A stretch of 64,000 nucleotides of DNA from an uncultured bacterium (GCA_937900255.1 CALCDZ010000004.1:100413-164412); one strand, 5' to 3'; positions 1 to 10,221 are shown, numbered from the stretch's first letter. Translations and numbers: made by a program. Notes: a model not told the origin generated them from the letters alone.

Positions 1-1086
1 ATCTTTTTCGAGGTGCTCATGCTCGCGGCCTACGTCATCGTCACCAATTTCTTCCTCGATGAACAGTCCTTCCTGAGGGCCATCAATACCGATCATCCGT
101 ACCTGATTTCCGTCGTGCTGGTCTCGGCGCTGGTGTTGGCCGGCTACCTGACCTACATGGTCATCACCCGTATCTTCAATCCCGTACGGATGCTCACGGT
201 GGGGACGGAGGAGATCATGCGCGGCAACCTTGACGTGCATCTGGATGTCCGGACCGGCGACGAGCTCCAAGTGCTTGCCGAGCGTTTCGCGGCGATGGCC
301 GCCGCGCTCAAGGCTGAGCGTGCCTCGTTGGAAAACAAGGTCAAGGAACGTACCCGCGCGCTTGAGGAGGCGCAGAAGAAGGAGCTGGAGCGTCAAGGCG
401 AGGTCCTTAAGCTGAAGGATGAGTTCCTGTTCGTCGCGGCACATGAGTTGCGCACGCCGGTCACGTCGATCCGCTGGAGCCTGGAATCGGTCGCAGACCG
501 CAAGATGACGGCTGACGTCCATCAGGCCTTCGAGGATGCCTTGAACGCCGGAGAGAATCTCGCGACGCTGGTCGAAGATCTCCTGAACATGGCCAGGCTC
601 GATGCCAAGCGCATCCCGTTCAAGAAGGAGTTCGTCAACATGAAGGACGTCGCGCAGGGCGTCGTCGCCGAAATGGCGCCGATCGCCGCCAAGAAGAAGG
701 TCGAAATCAGGCTCGATGCCCCCGAAGGCCTGCCGGGCATGGCGCTCGCCGACGAACGCCGCGTCAGGGAAGTGCTCGTCAACCTGGTCTCCAATGCCGT
801 CAAGTACAACAAGAAGGGCGGTCACGTGACGATCCTGATCGGCCAGGATGATCCTTTCCTTCAGTATCAGGTGACCGACGACGGGCCCGGCATTCCGGCG
901 CAGGAGCAGCATCACCTGTTCGAGAAGTTCTGGCGCGCCAAGAACACCTCGGGCATCGAAGGCAGCGGCCTGGGGCTGTTCATCACCAAGCGCCTGGTCG
1001 ACGGCATGAACGGCTTGATTTCCTTCGAGAGCGTCGAAGGCGAGCGCACGACCTTCACGGTCAAGCTGCCGGCCGCGAAATCATGA
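1..1086 (+). CDS. Membrane sensor histidine kinase (HAMP-HisKA-HATPase), probably 5'-truncated by the window edge
   Basis: TM segments, HAMP, H-box AAHELRTPV, N-box NLVSNAVKY, G1 DDGPGI, G2 GSGLGL. Confidence 0.93.
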   Translation: MFFEVLMLAAYVIVTNFFLDEQSFLRAINTDHPYLISVVLVSALVLAGYLTYMVITRIFNPVRMLTVGTEEIMRGNLDVHLDVRTGDELQVLAERFAAMAAALKAERASLENKVKERTRALEEAQKKELERQGEVLKLKDEFLFVAAHELRTPVTSIRWSLESVADRKMTADVHQAFEDALNAGENLATLVEDLLNMARLDAKRIPFKKEFVNMKDVAQGVVAEMAPIAAKKKVEIRLDAPEGLPGMALADERRVREVLVNLVSNAVKYNKKGGHVTILIGQDDPFLQYQVTDDGPGIPAQEQHHLFEKFWRAKNTSGIEGSGLGLFITKRLVDGMNGLISFESVEGERTTFTVKLPAAKS

Positions 1087-1099
1087 AAAAACCGTCCCG

Positions 1100-1561
1100 C
1101 TAGGCGGACGGCTCGTCGGGCGTTCGTTTGGCGTGCTTGTCGAGATGCCTTCTCTTCGACATGTTCGTGAGGCCGAGTCCGGCCACGAGGAAGCACGTCA
1201 TTTCGGTCATGCCATCCGGAATGCGATACCCGGATTCTCCCCAGGCGTGTTCTCCGAGCCCCATCGCCACGAAGCTCCAGAACCAGAGGAAGACGAGCAG
1301 GTGCCCGGCCTTGGGCTTGGTCGTGGGCGGTTTCGGCACGCGCTGCCAGCGCTGGATCTCCTTCGGCAGGGTGTACAGGACACCGACGAAGACCATATGC
1401 GCGGTGACGAACGCGTACGGCGGCGCGTGGCCATGGTGCGCGAACGCCGACCACATCAGGTACAGGTGGAAGAGCGAGTACCCGACGCTCGTCAGATAGA
1501 GGCTGCGGTCGCCAGGTTCGCTGTATCGTACGAATCTCCGGAAAAGATCCTCCGTCGCCAT
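1100..1561 (-). CDS. Hypothetical membrane protein (153 aa, ~4 TM)
   Basis: C-terminal part of track ORF 1100..2992 from MATEDLF; hydrophobic helices; the upstream part of that ORF is antisense to real genes. Confidence 0.65.
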   Translation of the reverse strand: MATEDLFRRFVRYSEPGDRSLYLTSVGYSLFHLYLMWSAFAHHGHAPPYAFVTAHMVFVGVLYTLPKEIQRWQRVPKPPTTKPKAGHLLVFLWFWSFVAMGLGEHAWGESGYRIPDGMTEMTCFLVAGLGLTNMSKRRHLDKHAKRTPDEPSA

Positions 1562-1645
1562 GCGGTCCTCCGTCGGTATGGGGTGTGCTTCCAACCTAGC
1601 GGCTCCGTGTGCTAGAGTCAAGGGGTCGAAAATAAACCTTCCGAT

Positions 1646-1909
1646 ATGGCTTTGCTCGAATTCTACGGGACCGAGTGCCCGCATTGCGTCCGGATGATGC
1701 CGCTGGTCGAACGGCTCGAGAAGGAGCTCGGCGTCACCGTCCAGAAGATGGAGACCTGGCATGACGAGGCTAACGAGAAGGCGCGCGCGGCGCATGACGC
1801 CGGGAACGCCTGCGGCGGCGTGCCTTTCTTCGTCAACGAGGAGACCGGCGCCCGGATCTGCGGCGCGACCGACTACGAATCCCTCAAGGCCTGGGCGACG
1901 GGCAAGTGA
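1646..1909 (+). CDS. Thioredoxin/glutaredoxin-like protein
   Basis: FYGTECPHC active-site motif, GVPFF cis-Pro motif. Confidence 0.85.
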   Translation: MALLEFYGTECPHCVRMMPLVERLEKELGVTVQKMETWHDEANEKARAAHDAGNACGGVPFFVNEETGARICGATDYESLKAWATGK

Positions 1910-1918
1910 GGATACGTG

Positions 1919-1949
1919 AAGGGCCAGCCTCCGGGCTGGTCTTTCGTTT
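1919..1949 (+). terminator. Intrinsic terminator
   Basis: GGCCAGCC-TCC-GGGCTGGTC stem followed by TTTCGTTT. Confidence 0.6.
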
Positions 1950-2017
1950 GAAGTCCCGTTGACGCGCGCGCCGCACCCTGCTAGTTTGAGCCTGTCTTTC
2001 GGAAAGGAAGGTCCTTC

Positions 2018-2980
2018 ATGGATGGTCATCCGATGATCAGATATTCGGCCGGGAGAAGGTTCGGCGGGACACGGTTCATCGAGCGACGGTGCCGTGAGTG
2101 GCATCACTTCGATGCCGAAGGCAAGAGGCTCGGCGGTCCGTATGTCGAGGTATGGCTTTACCGAGGACTGCCTATCGCCTTGGTCGTGGATCGTTTCGAT
2201 ACGGATCGGATCATCGACGTGCGCGGCCGCGCGATCGGAGAGACGCTCCTTCGAGGTAATCGGAAACACCACAAGGATGGCCCGGGCAAGATCGTTTGGG
2301 TCGGGTATCGGGACAAGGATGTCGATCTTGCGTGTGCCGTCATTCCCGACGGCCGCATCATCGGCCCGTTCGAAGAGATCAGGCCCGAACCGCATGAAGA
2401 TGTGCGTTGGGTACGGAAGCGAAGAGGCAAGCGGGATGGATGGAGATTGTTGCGGGCGGACGGGCGGCTTATCGGCCCGCTCGGCATCACGCGCGCCAGC
2501 GACTTCTTCGACGGATTCTCCTTGGTCCGTATCGGCGGAGCGGACGTGTTCCTGACGGCGCAAGGCCGCCGCGCCTGGTCCGGAGCCAGAAGTTATTCGG
2601 AGGCATTTGATTTCTTCCAAGGACGGGCTTGGGTGCGCGGGCCGGAAGGTCTCTTCCTGATCGGTACGGACGGCAAGCCGATCTCTGGTGGAGTCTATGA
2701 TGATATCCTGGACAACGATGAGAATCCCTACGCGATTGCAAGGAAGAGCGGCTGCTGGCACATCGTCCGTCGCCAGGATGGCGTCGTCGTCTCTCCGGAC
2801 GAACGGTTCGATGGGATCAGGAGGCTTGGACGCCATCTGACCGACACGCTTTTCGAACTCTGCAGCGCAGCGGGCCGTGAGACGTATGACGTCGCCACAG
2901 GTTTCCGCAGACCCATCGATCTTGAGCGAGAGCGTGCCATGTCCATGGCCATCATGGACGGTGGAGAGTATGACGACTGA
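2018..2980 (+). CDS. Hypothetical protein with WG-repeat-like beta motifs
   Basis: ASDFFDGFSLV, AFDFFQGRAWV, FLIGTDGKPI resemble WG/KWG repeats; TTGACG-N17-TAGTTT promoter upstream. Confidence 0.6.
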   Translation: MDGHPMIRYSAGRRFGGTRFIERRCREWHHFDAEGKRLGGPYVEVWLYRGLPIALVVDRFDTDRIIDVRGRAIGETLLRGNRKHHKDGPGKIVWVGYRDKDVDLACAVIPDGRIIGPFEEIRPEPHEDVRWVRKRRGKRDGWRLLRADGRLIGPLGITRASDFFDGFSLVRIGGADVFLTAQGRRAWSGARSYSEAFDFFQGRAWVRGPEGLFLIGTDGKPISGGVYDDILDNDENPYAIARKSGCWHIVRRQDGVVVSPDERFDGIRRLGRHLTDTLFELCSAAGRETYDVATGFRRPIDLERERAMSMAIMDGGEYDD

Positions 2981-3024
2981 CCGATCGTACATCGATCGGT
3001 CTTTTCCTTCCGAAAAGATGATGG

Positions 3025-3732
3025 CTATCGAGAATCTGCAGCCAGACGGACGAAACGTGCCAGGAGTGCCGTCGCGTCGGGGGAGGGCTTGAGCGAAGCG
3101 CGGATGGTTTCGATCGGATGGTCCGCGTCCGGTGCGGGGCGTTGTCCGAGCAGCCGTTCAAAGGTGGCGGCGGTCCGTTCCGGATGGAACTGGACGCCCC
3201 AGATGCGTTCGCCTGGGAAGCTGAAAGCTTGGAGAACGGCGCCACTTCGACTGTGTGCCAGCGGCAATGCGTCCGTGGGCAGGACGGCGATGCGATCATG
3301 GTGCCAAGACTGGGCGGTAAAATCGGCCGGCATGTCGGAGAACATCGGGTCTTGCGAAGCGGCCGGTTCGCATGTGACCTCGATGGATCCGTATTCCGCG
3401 TTGGCGTCATCCCGGACGACGACACCTCCGAACAGGTGCGCCAGCGTCTGCGCTCCGAAACAGATGCCGAGGATGGGAACATGCTTTTCTCGCGCCGCCC
3501 GCAAGACCTCCAGGAACTCTTGATAATAAGGGATGTCGTCAAAAGCCGACCAACCGGCGCCACCGATGATCAACCCGTCGATGCCATAGAGGATTTCGGG
3601 CGTGACGGCGGCTTCGAACGGACGTATCGTCTTGAGTGACGCGTCCGGCAGTCCGGCTCCGGCCAGGATCGAATCGATTTCGACCTGCCGGTCCGGGGCG
3701 TCTTTGAGGCATTGGAAATGCAGGAAGGTCAT
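3025..3732 (-). CDS. Type 1 glutamine amidotransferase
   Basis: PILGICFGAQ nucleophile elbow, GVQFHPE His-Glu motif. Confidence 0.92.
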   Translation of the reverse strand: MTFLHFQCLKDAPDRQVEIDSILAGAGLPDASLKTIRPFEAAVTPEILYGIDGLIIGGAGWSAFDDIPYYQEFLEVLRAAREKHVPILGICFGAQTLAHLFGGVVVRDDANAEYGSIEVTCEPAASQDPMFSDMPADFTAQSWHHDRIAVLPTDALPLAHSRSGAVLQAFSFPGERIWGVQFHPERTAATFERLLGQRPAPDADHPIETIRASLKPSPDATALLARFVRLAADSR

Positions 3733-3894
3733 GCCTCCATTCTACCGGCCGGCAGCCGCATGCGGAAGTGCACCCGAAACACCGGTCGGATCGTATGGGA
3801 TAATGGGCGCCGTCTTCATCGAGTTGACAATGGCCCATTTTGAAAATAAGCTTTAAGAGCAATAAGTCGCTATCCATCGAGGAAACAGGAAGAT

Positions 3895-4455
3895 ATGGAA
3901 AAAAAGAAACGTCCGAAGCTCGTCGCAGGACTTTTTGGCGCATCAGTCGTATTGGTCACGCTCGGAGCCGGATGCGCGACGCAGACCGAGACGCCCGTGA
4001 CGAATCCTCCTTCGACAGACACGACGCAGCGGCCGCCCGTCGCGCCGCCGACGCCCACGCCATCCACCGAACCGCCGACCAAGAACCCGTCGCCTTTCGT
4101 GGGGGAGCCTCCGCTCGCGAAGCCGCCGGTTCCCGCTCCCGCTACGGACGGTAAGACTTCATACAAGGACGGTACCTATACGGCGGAAGGTGACTACGGC
4201 ACCCACGTCGGTCCGGAGAGCGTCACCGTCACATTGACCCTCAAGAAGGGCGTCGTCGTCGACAGCCAGTTCCAAGGCACGCCGCGCGTGATGATGTCCG
4301 GTCGGTACATGGACATGTTCGCCGCCAACTACAAGCCGCTCGTCGTCGGCAAGGATATCGCCAGCCTCCAGCTGGACAAGGTGTCCGGAGCGTCGCTTAC
4401 CCCCATGGGTTTCAACGACGCCGTCTCCAAGATCAAGGCGCAGGCCAAAGCCTGA
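3895..4455 (+). CDS. FMN-binding lipoprotein (flavinylation substrate)
   Basis: LGAGC lipobox, Pro/Thr linker, YKDGTYTA domain start, DKVSGASLT flavinylation motif, adjacent to ApbE. Confidence 0.88.
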   Translation: MEKKKRPKLVAGLFGASVVLVTLGAGCATQTETPVTNPPSTDTTQRPPVAPPTPTPSTEPPTKNPSPFVGEPPLAKPPVPAPATDGKTSYKDGTYTAEGDYGTHVGPESVTVTLTLKKGVVVDSQFQGTPRVMMSGRYMDMFAANYKPLVVGKDIASLQLDKVSGASLTPMGFNDAVSKIKAQAKA

Positions 4456-4462
4456 AGCGCGC

Positions 4463-5347
4463 ATGCCCGAGACGATCGCGTTCGAAGCCATCGGTACGCG
4501 ATGGCGGATCGATTTCGATGGGCCTATGACCGACGACGCAAGGCAAGACCTGCGTCGTCGGCTTTTGGATCGCATCAGCACCTTCGATAAAGACTACTCC
4601 CGTTTCCGGCCGGACTCGATGGTTTCGGAGATGGCGCGGCGCTCAGGGGTCTATGACCTGCCTGCCGATGCCGAACCGATGCTCACCCTCTACAAGCACC
4701 TCTATGACATCACGAAGGGGGCGATGACGCCGCTCGTCGGGCAGCTGCTCTCCGATGCCGGATATGACGCCGCCTACTCGCTCAAGCCGGGGCCGCTCCA
4801 TACGCCGCCGGCCTGGGATGAGGTGCTGGCATACGACTTCCCGAAGCTCGTCCTGAAACGGCCTGCCCTGCTCGATTTCGGTGCGGTCGGCAAGGGGTAC
4901 TTGATCGACATCATCGGCGCGATGCTTGAGGATGACGGTATCCGCGCATACGTCATCGATGCCGGCGGCGACATCCGCCACCGCGACCCGACCGGTCGGC
5001 GGCTGCGGGTCGGCCTGGAGGATCCTGGGGATCACGCGAAAGCGGTCGGAGTGGCCGAGATCGGCGAGGCCAGCATCTGCGGTTCGTCGGGGAGCCGTCG
5101 GGCTTGGGACCGTTTCCATCACATCATGGACCCCCGCACCTTGGAGTCGCCGCGGCATTTGGATGCCGTCTGGACGGTCGCGAAGACGACCCTCAAGGCC
5201 GATGCGCTCGCGACGGCGCTGTTCTTCGTCCCGCCGGGGGAACTGCTGCCGTATTATGACTTTGAATACCTGCTGCTTTTCCCGGACCGTACGGTCAAGG
5301 CATCCCGGATGTTCCCGGCCGAACTGTTCGCGCCTGAGAGTCCTTGA
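4463..5347 (+). CDS. apbE: FAD:protein FMN transferase
   Basis: FEAIGT, YSRFRPDS, LDFGAVGKGY, DAGGDI, HHIMDPRT, ADALATALF. Confidence 0.93.
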   Translation: MPETIAFEAIGTRWRIDFDGPMTDDARQDLRRRLLDRISTFDKDYSRFRPDSMVSEMARRSGVYDLPADAEPMLTLYKHLYDITKGAMTPLVGQLLSDAGYDAAYSLKPGPLHTPPAWDEVLAYDFPKLVLKRPALLDFGAVGKGYLIDIIGAMLEDDGIRAYVIDAGGDIRHRDPTGRRLRVGLEDPGDHAKAVGVAEIGEASICGSSGSRRAWDRFHHIMDPRTLESPRHLDAVWTVAKTTLKADALATALFFVPPGELLPYYDFEYLLLFPDRTVKASRMFPAELFAPESP

Positions 5348-5375
5348 AAAGGTCCATACGTGTTATCATGGGCAT

Positions 5376-5870
5376 ATGAAGAATCCCGTGCTGCTCTTGG
5401 CGTTCACGCTGCCGTTTTTTCTCGGTGCCGGTTGCGCGAACGGCGCCCATCCGAACGGTCTCGTGAACACATCCGTCCCGCAGGCAGCCACGTCCGATGA
5501 CCGGCGGCTGGATTTGCATGGCATGAGATTGACTTCCGTCCCGAAAGACGTCTTTTCACGCACGGATCTCGTGGCAGTGGACCTCTCCGGCAACCGCTTG
5601 ACTGGCGCTTTGCCCGCCGAAATACGTCGCCTGCAATCGCTGCGATCCCTCGATGCCAGCGATAATGCGATGACGGGCGTGCCCGCGGAAATCGGCCAAT
5701 TGAAAGCGCTTCGGTTCCTCGACCTCTCCCATAACCGGCTGACCGGATTGCCGCATGAATTAAGCCAACTCACCGGCCTTGAGTTCCTGGACTTGACGGG
5801 AAACGGGATCTCTGAAGAGGATTTCCGGATCATCCGCTCATCGCTTCAGAAGACCCGGATACTTCGTTGA
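5376..5870 (+). CDS. Leucine-rich repeat lipoprotein (164 aa)
   Basis: True start MKNPVLL; LGAGC lipobox; LxxLDLSxNxLTGLP repeats. Confidence 0.88.
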   Translation: MKNPVLLLAFTLPFFLGAGCANGAHPNGLVNTSVPQAATSDDRRLDLHGMRLTSVPKDVFSRTDLVAVDLSGNRLTGALPAEIRRLQSLRSLDASDNAMTGVPAEIGQLKALRFLDLSHNRLTGLPHELSQLTGLEFLDLTGNGISEEDFRIIRSSLQKTRILR

Positions 5871-5940
5871 TCGACGGGCATTGAGGGTCTTTTGACGGTC
5901 AAAAAAGCCCGCACTGTCGTGCGGGCCTGAGTCCTTCTCG

Positions 5941-8199
5941 CTACGGTCCGGTGCAGGCGTCGCCCACGCCGTCGTGATCGGCGTCGGCCTGGTCCGGATT
6001 GAAGACCGTAGGGCAATTGTCCACGTCGCCGCAGACGAGATCGCCATCGGCGTCGTTGAGGGCATCGTGCCGGCAGGCATCGATGCAGTCAGCGACGCCG
6101 TCGCCGTCCGTGTCGGTATCCCGCACGCCGCAGCCGCATTGGCCGGGTGACGTCTTGGCGGGGTCGAGCATGCAGACGTCGTCAGGCGCGCAGACGCCAT
6201 CGAGATCGATGTCGTTCCATGCATCAAGCGGACACGCGTCGCACGCGTCCCCGATGCCGTCGTCATCGGCATCTTCCTGGAGCGGATTGAAGACCGTCGA
6301 GCAATTGTCCGCGTTACCGCAGACGAGATCGCCATCGGCGTCGTTGAGGGCATCGTAGGGGCATGCGTCGCATGCGTCCCCGATGTCGTCGTGGTCGGCG
6401 TCGGCTTGGGTAGGATCGGGAACCGAGGGACAGACGTCGCATGCGTCCCCGACGCCGTCGCCGTCGCCATCAGTCTGGGAAGCGTTCGCGACGGTGCGGC
6501 AGTTGTCGACGCCGTCGCGCACGCCGTCACCGTCCGTATCGGCGGTATAGAGGCGATCCTTCGCAAGACAGATCTGGGTCGGTGTCAGTGCCGCATTGAA
6601 GACTTGGTAGTCCTGCATCTGGCTGGCGGGCCCGGAGGCTAGGATCGCCCCATTCTGATTGGAGACGTCCGTGATCGGACCGACGTGACTGCGCGAGGCG
6701 ACCAACGTGCAGTCCACGTAGAGCTTGAGCGTGCCGTCGGCCTCTCTCACCGCGGCAAGGTGCTTCCATCCTGCTCCCGTAAGCGGGACGGCCGTCGACA
6801 CGTCGTCGAGACCGGATGCTCCCGCCAGGAACTTGATGCTCTCCGGCGTCGTCGCGGTCGGGGCCGTGCGGCTGAGCAGGATGTCGCCGCAGCACCGCGC
6901 GCCATCGGAGGGGCGCGGTACGCTCGGCGAAAGGAACGCGGTCTTGTTCACCCAGTTCCAGCTGCCGGAAGCGGTCGCCCCCACGTTGACCCAGAGGGCC
7001 AGCGTGAACGGTCCCTGCCCGAAGTGGTTTTCCCGACGGTCGGGAATGCCCGGTGGCGAAGTGTTGGTGCTGAAGGAGGGCGTGCCGACCGCCGTGGAAC
7101 CGGCAGCGAAGGCGAATTCGGGCGAGAGGCCCGGACCCCAGACGTTGTTCGAGAAGTCTGAGCCGTTCGGCCCCAGCGGCAGTAGGCTCGTGGGCGTGTC
7201 CCGATCGTGCAGGACGGCCGAATGGTCATCCAGCCGCCAGCGGTTGATGAGGTGGCCGATGCCCGTACGTTCGATCTGGCAGACGGAGTTGCATCCGTCG
7301 CCATCGTTCAGGTTGCCGTCGTCGCACTCCTCGCCGGCACCGACGCCGGTATTCTCGACCACCCCGTTGCCGCAGGTGGTCATGGATGAGAGCCGGCACA
7401 TGCCGAGCGCGCCGGACGCGTAGATGCTGGAGATGGTCTCCGGCGTCAACATGCGGCCGATGTAGATCTCGTCCAGGTCGATGCCCGGAGCGGAACGCCG
7501 GTTGAAGGCGAAGCTGTTGACGCTCGTCTTCGTGGCGTTCGTCTGGTACTCCATGACCGGAACGGTCGTGTCGAGCGCCCCGTCGATGTAGAGCGAGGCC
7601 GGGCCGGCCGGATTGCCGTTCAGCGTGGTCGTCTTCTGATGATTGAGCCCCACTTGGTGCCATTGTCCGTCCGTGATGACAGATGTACTCGTGAGCGAGA
7701 CGGGTGGGTTCGAGTTGACCGAGTAGACGACGTGGCCTGCAGCATCGACATAGAACTCGAAGTGCCGGTTCGGCGCGCTGTTGTCCATGATGGACTGCTC
7801 GCCCGTGCCAGGCCCCCTCTGCACGTAGAGCAGGAAGCCGAAGTCAGACGTGTTGGCGAGCTCGATGACGTTGAACGGGGAAGTCCCGAGCGTCGCGTAG
7901 CCCACGCCATCGAAGCGGCAGGCCTGCACGACCTTGCCGGGCGTGAACTCCCCGTCGAAGACCAGCGGCAGGGAGCCTCGGGACTGGGCGGGCGTGCCGT
8001 TGCACGTCCACCAGGCCTTGTTCCCGTTGGGAACCGGCGTGCAGGCGCCTGCCAGCGCTTGGGAGGAGACGCTGACGGAAGCGCCGGCGTCGGGCGTGGA
8101 CTCTCCGCCCGTCGAGCAGGCGCTCAACGGGAGGATGATGAATGCCAGCGCGATCAGGAATCGCGACAGGCCGTGACTGGATCGCTGCGTATTCTGCAC
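5941..8199 (-). CDS. Lipoprotein with two LamG-like domains, a Myxococcus-type Cys-rich repeat (DUF4215-like) and thrombospondin type 3 repeats
   Basis: LSAC lipobox; DGQWHQV..LYIDG and GWKHLAAV..LYVD; CGNGVVE..EECDDGNLNDGDGC; many DxDxDGxGDACDxCP. Confidence 0.88.
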   Translation of the reverse strand: MQNTQRSSHGLSRFLIALAFIILPLSACSTGGESTPDAGASVSVSSQALAGACTPVPNGNKAWWTCNGTPAQSRGSLPLVFDGEFTPGKVVQACRFDGVGYATLGTSPFNVIELANTSDFGFLLYVQRGPGTGEQSIMDNSAPNRHFEFYVDAAGHVVYSVNSNPPVSLTSTSVITDGQWHQVGLNHQKTTTLNGNPAGPASLYIDGALDTTVPVMEYQTNATKTSVNSFAFNRRSAPGIDLDEIYIGRMLTPETISSIYASGALGMCRLSSMTTCGNGVVENTGVGAGEECDDGNLNDGDGCNSVCQIERTGIGHLINRWRLDDHSAVLHDRDTPTSLLPLGPNGSDFSNNVWGPGLSPEFAFAAGSTAVGTPSFSTNTSPPGIPDRRENHFGQGPFTLALWVNVGATASGSWNWVNKTAFLSPSVPRPSDGARCCGDILLSRTAPTATTPESIKFLAGASGLDDVSTAVPLTGAGWKHLAAVREADGTLKLYVDCTLVASRSHVGPITDVSNQNGAILASGPASQMQDYQVFNAALTPTQICLAKDRLYTADTDGDGVRDGVDNCRTVANASQTDGDGDGVGDACDVCPSVPDPTQADADHDDIGDACDACPYDALNDADGDLVCGNADNCSTVFNPLQEDADDDGIGDACDACPLDAWNDIDLDGVCAPDDVCMLDPAKTSPGQCGCGVRDTDTDGDGVADCIDACRHDALNDADGDLVCGDVDNCPTVFNPDQADADHDGVGDACTGP

Positions 8200-8435
8200 G
8201 ATGACCTCTCTGTTTCGGTTGCGGTTTCAATGAACGAAGATAAGATCTTGCGTAAGCTCTTTCCGGGCATGCCGTGCCCGCTTTGAACCTCCGTAGCAAG
8301 GGAACAGAAAACCCCTAAGCCTCAGGCTCGAGGGGATGACCGAAAAATATATCATGAACAGCCGAACGTCAAGGCTGCGGCCGTGTGTTGGAATGAAACA
8401 GCGCCCACCGTTTCCGGTGGGCGCAGGGGAGCTTA

Positions 8436-9215
8436 TCAGCCTCGGATGAGGAACTTCGCGACGAGAGGGATGTGGTCGGACGGCTCGGTCGACGAAGGCA
8501 GCGGCGTGACGTCGGTCACTGCCAGAGCCGGTCGTGGATGCGCGGTCAGGCCTCGAGAGTGCAGCAGGAAGTCGACTTTCTTGGCGCGACCGTCGGGATT
8601 GCAGGTCATGACCGCGGGATCATGTGCATCACTGAAGCCGTACACTCCGAAGAGTTCCAGGACTTCGCTGCCGGGCTCAGCGTTGAAGTCTCCGCAGACG
8701 ACGTAGGGGCTCGGGTGCTTGGCGAACGCTTCAAGGAGTTGCCGAGCTTGCGACAGTCCGGGCCGCTCATCGGGCGGCGCGTCATCCGGTGCCCAGCGCA
8801 GATGCGCGTTCGCGACCGTCAGCCGGTGCCCATCGCGCGAAAGTTCGGCGATGAGCGCCACGTGACCCGAGGGTTTGGGCGCAGGCTTGTCATGGAACAG
8901 GATCTCGCGCCATGCGTGACACTTCCATGGCAAGCGTACGAAGGTCGCGCAGCCATCGGGTTGCCCGCCGGTCTTCCGGACCCAGCGGCCATCGTATCCT
9001 GATCCAAGGCGCGCCTGGATGCGGGCGAACACGGCCTCTTCACATTCCTGGATGCAGAGGACGTCCGCGTCCAAGCCGATCACGCGTCCGATGAGCGTCG
9101 GGAGTCGTCCTTTCGGCGCGAGGACCGACGGAGCGCAGTTCGGGTAGCGGTTGGGTGCGGCATACGCCTTCGCAAGGATGTTGTAGGTGGCGATCGTGAT
9201 TGAAGGAGCGGTCAT
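8436..9215 (-). CDS. Endonuclease/exonuclease/phosphatase family protein (CCR4/nocturnin-like)
   Basis: TYNILA, LCIQE, CGDFN, VDFL, PSDHIP. Confidence 0.9.
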   Translation of the reverse strand: MTAPSITIATYNILAKAYAAPNRYPNCAPSVLAPKGRLPTLIGRVIGLDADVLCIQECEEAVFARIQARLGSGYDGRWVRKTGGQPDGCATFVRLPWKCHAWREILFHDKPAPKPSGHVALIAELSRDGHRLTVANAHLRWAPDDAPPDERPGLSQARQLLEAFAKHPSPYVVCGDFNAEPGSEVLELFGVYGFSDAHDPAVMTCNPDGRAKKVDFLLHSRGLTAHPRPALAVTDVTPLPSSTEPSDHIPLVAKFLIRG

Positions 9216-9276
9216 TCCGGCAGCCTAGTCCAAAAGATGAAGCTTGACAAGGTGGCCAGGCCCCGCGGTCGATTAC

Positions 9277-9948
9277 CTACCTCTTGTCCCAACTCTTGAA
9301 GGCGTCACCGGTGATCGGGATGGCCTCGCCGAGATATTTCGGCCTGGCGCGCAATGCCACGTCCAGACAGGCTTTCACGCGCGACGGCAGTTCTCGCGCT
9401 CGATTATAAAACAGGTGCGCGTACGCTTGACGGTCCGCGGGTACGCCGACGGCATCGAGGCCAAGCGCTCTCGCGAGATAGACCGCGCGCGGCAGGTGGA
9501 ACGCCTGCGTCACGATGACGACGGAATCCGCATGAAAGATCGCATGGGCTCGATACATGCTGTCATACGTGTCGAATCCGGCATGGTCGAGGAAGATGTC
9601 CTCTCCGGGCACGCCTTCCGACAACAGGAAATCCTTCATGGCGTTCACCTCGTCGTAGGCCTTCGTCCCATGGTCGCCGCTCAAGAGGAATCGCGGCGCT
9701 TTCCCGCGGCGATACAGGTCGAGCGCCGTGCGCAGGCGATCGGAAAGCATGGGGCTCAGGCCGCCTTTCGGGTAGACACGCGCCCCGAGGACGATGATCG
9801 TGGAGCGCGTCGGCGTTTCCGCGACGGAACGGAAGATGTACGGCTTCGACCGCTCCAGGATGAGGGCATTGCAGGACGCCATCAAGATGCCGATGCAGAC
9901 GACGGCGACGAGACAGAAGATGATGGGGCGAACGCGGCGGCCTATCAT
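9277..9948 (-). CDS. SanA/YdcF/ElyC (DUF218) family protein
   Basis: IVLGA, LLSGD, DHAGFDTYDS, VTQAFHLPRA. Confidence 0.9.
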   Translation of the reverse strand: MIGRRVRPIIFCLVAVVCIGILMASCNALILERSKPYIFRSVAETPTRSTIIVLGARVYPKGGLSPMLSDRLRTALDLYRRGKAPRFLLSGDHGTKAYDEVNAMKDFLLSEGVPGEDIFLDHAGFDTYDSMYRAHAIFHADSVVIVTQAFHLPRAVYLARALGLDAVGVPADRQAYAHLFYNRARELPSRVKACLDVALRARPKYLGEAIPITGDAFKSWDKR

Positions 9949-9960
9949 GCGAGGAAGGCG

Positions 9961-10221
9961 CTACCTTCCAAAGAAAAAGACGATGGGTCCTGTGGCGAGT
10001 CCGGCATACAGCGCCATGCGGCCTATGACCCGTGCGGTGGCGTTGTGGGAAAAATAGCGCTTCGTCAGTTTCTGACCCAATACCGTCAATCCGATCGTAA
10101 GAGGAAACGCGATGAAGATGGGCCAAAGGGGCCGAATCTCTTGAGGGGCGAAAATCGTCCAGGTGAGAAGCGTCGAGGCGAGCGCGGGGCCGAGGATGTT
10201 GAGGAAGAAGACGAGGCTCAT
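9961..10221 (-). CDS. Small hypothetical membrane protein
   Basis: 86 aa, three hydrophobic segments, co-oriented with the SanA-like gene. Confidence 0.55.
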   Translation of the reverse strand: MSLVFFLNILGPALASTLLTWTIFAPQEIRPLWPIFIAFPLTIGLTVLGQKLTKRYFSHNATARVIGRMALYAGLATGPIVFFFGR

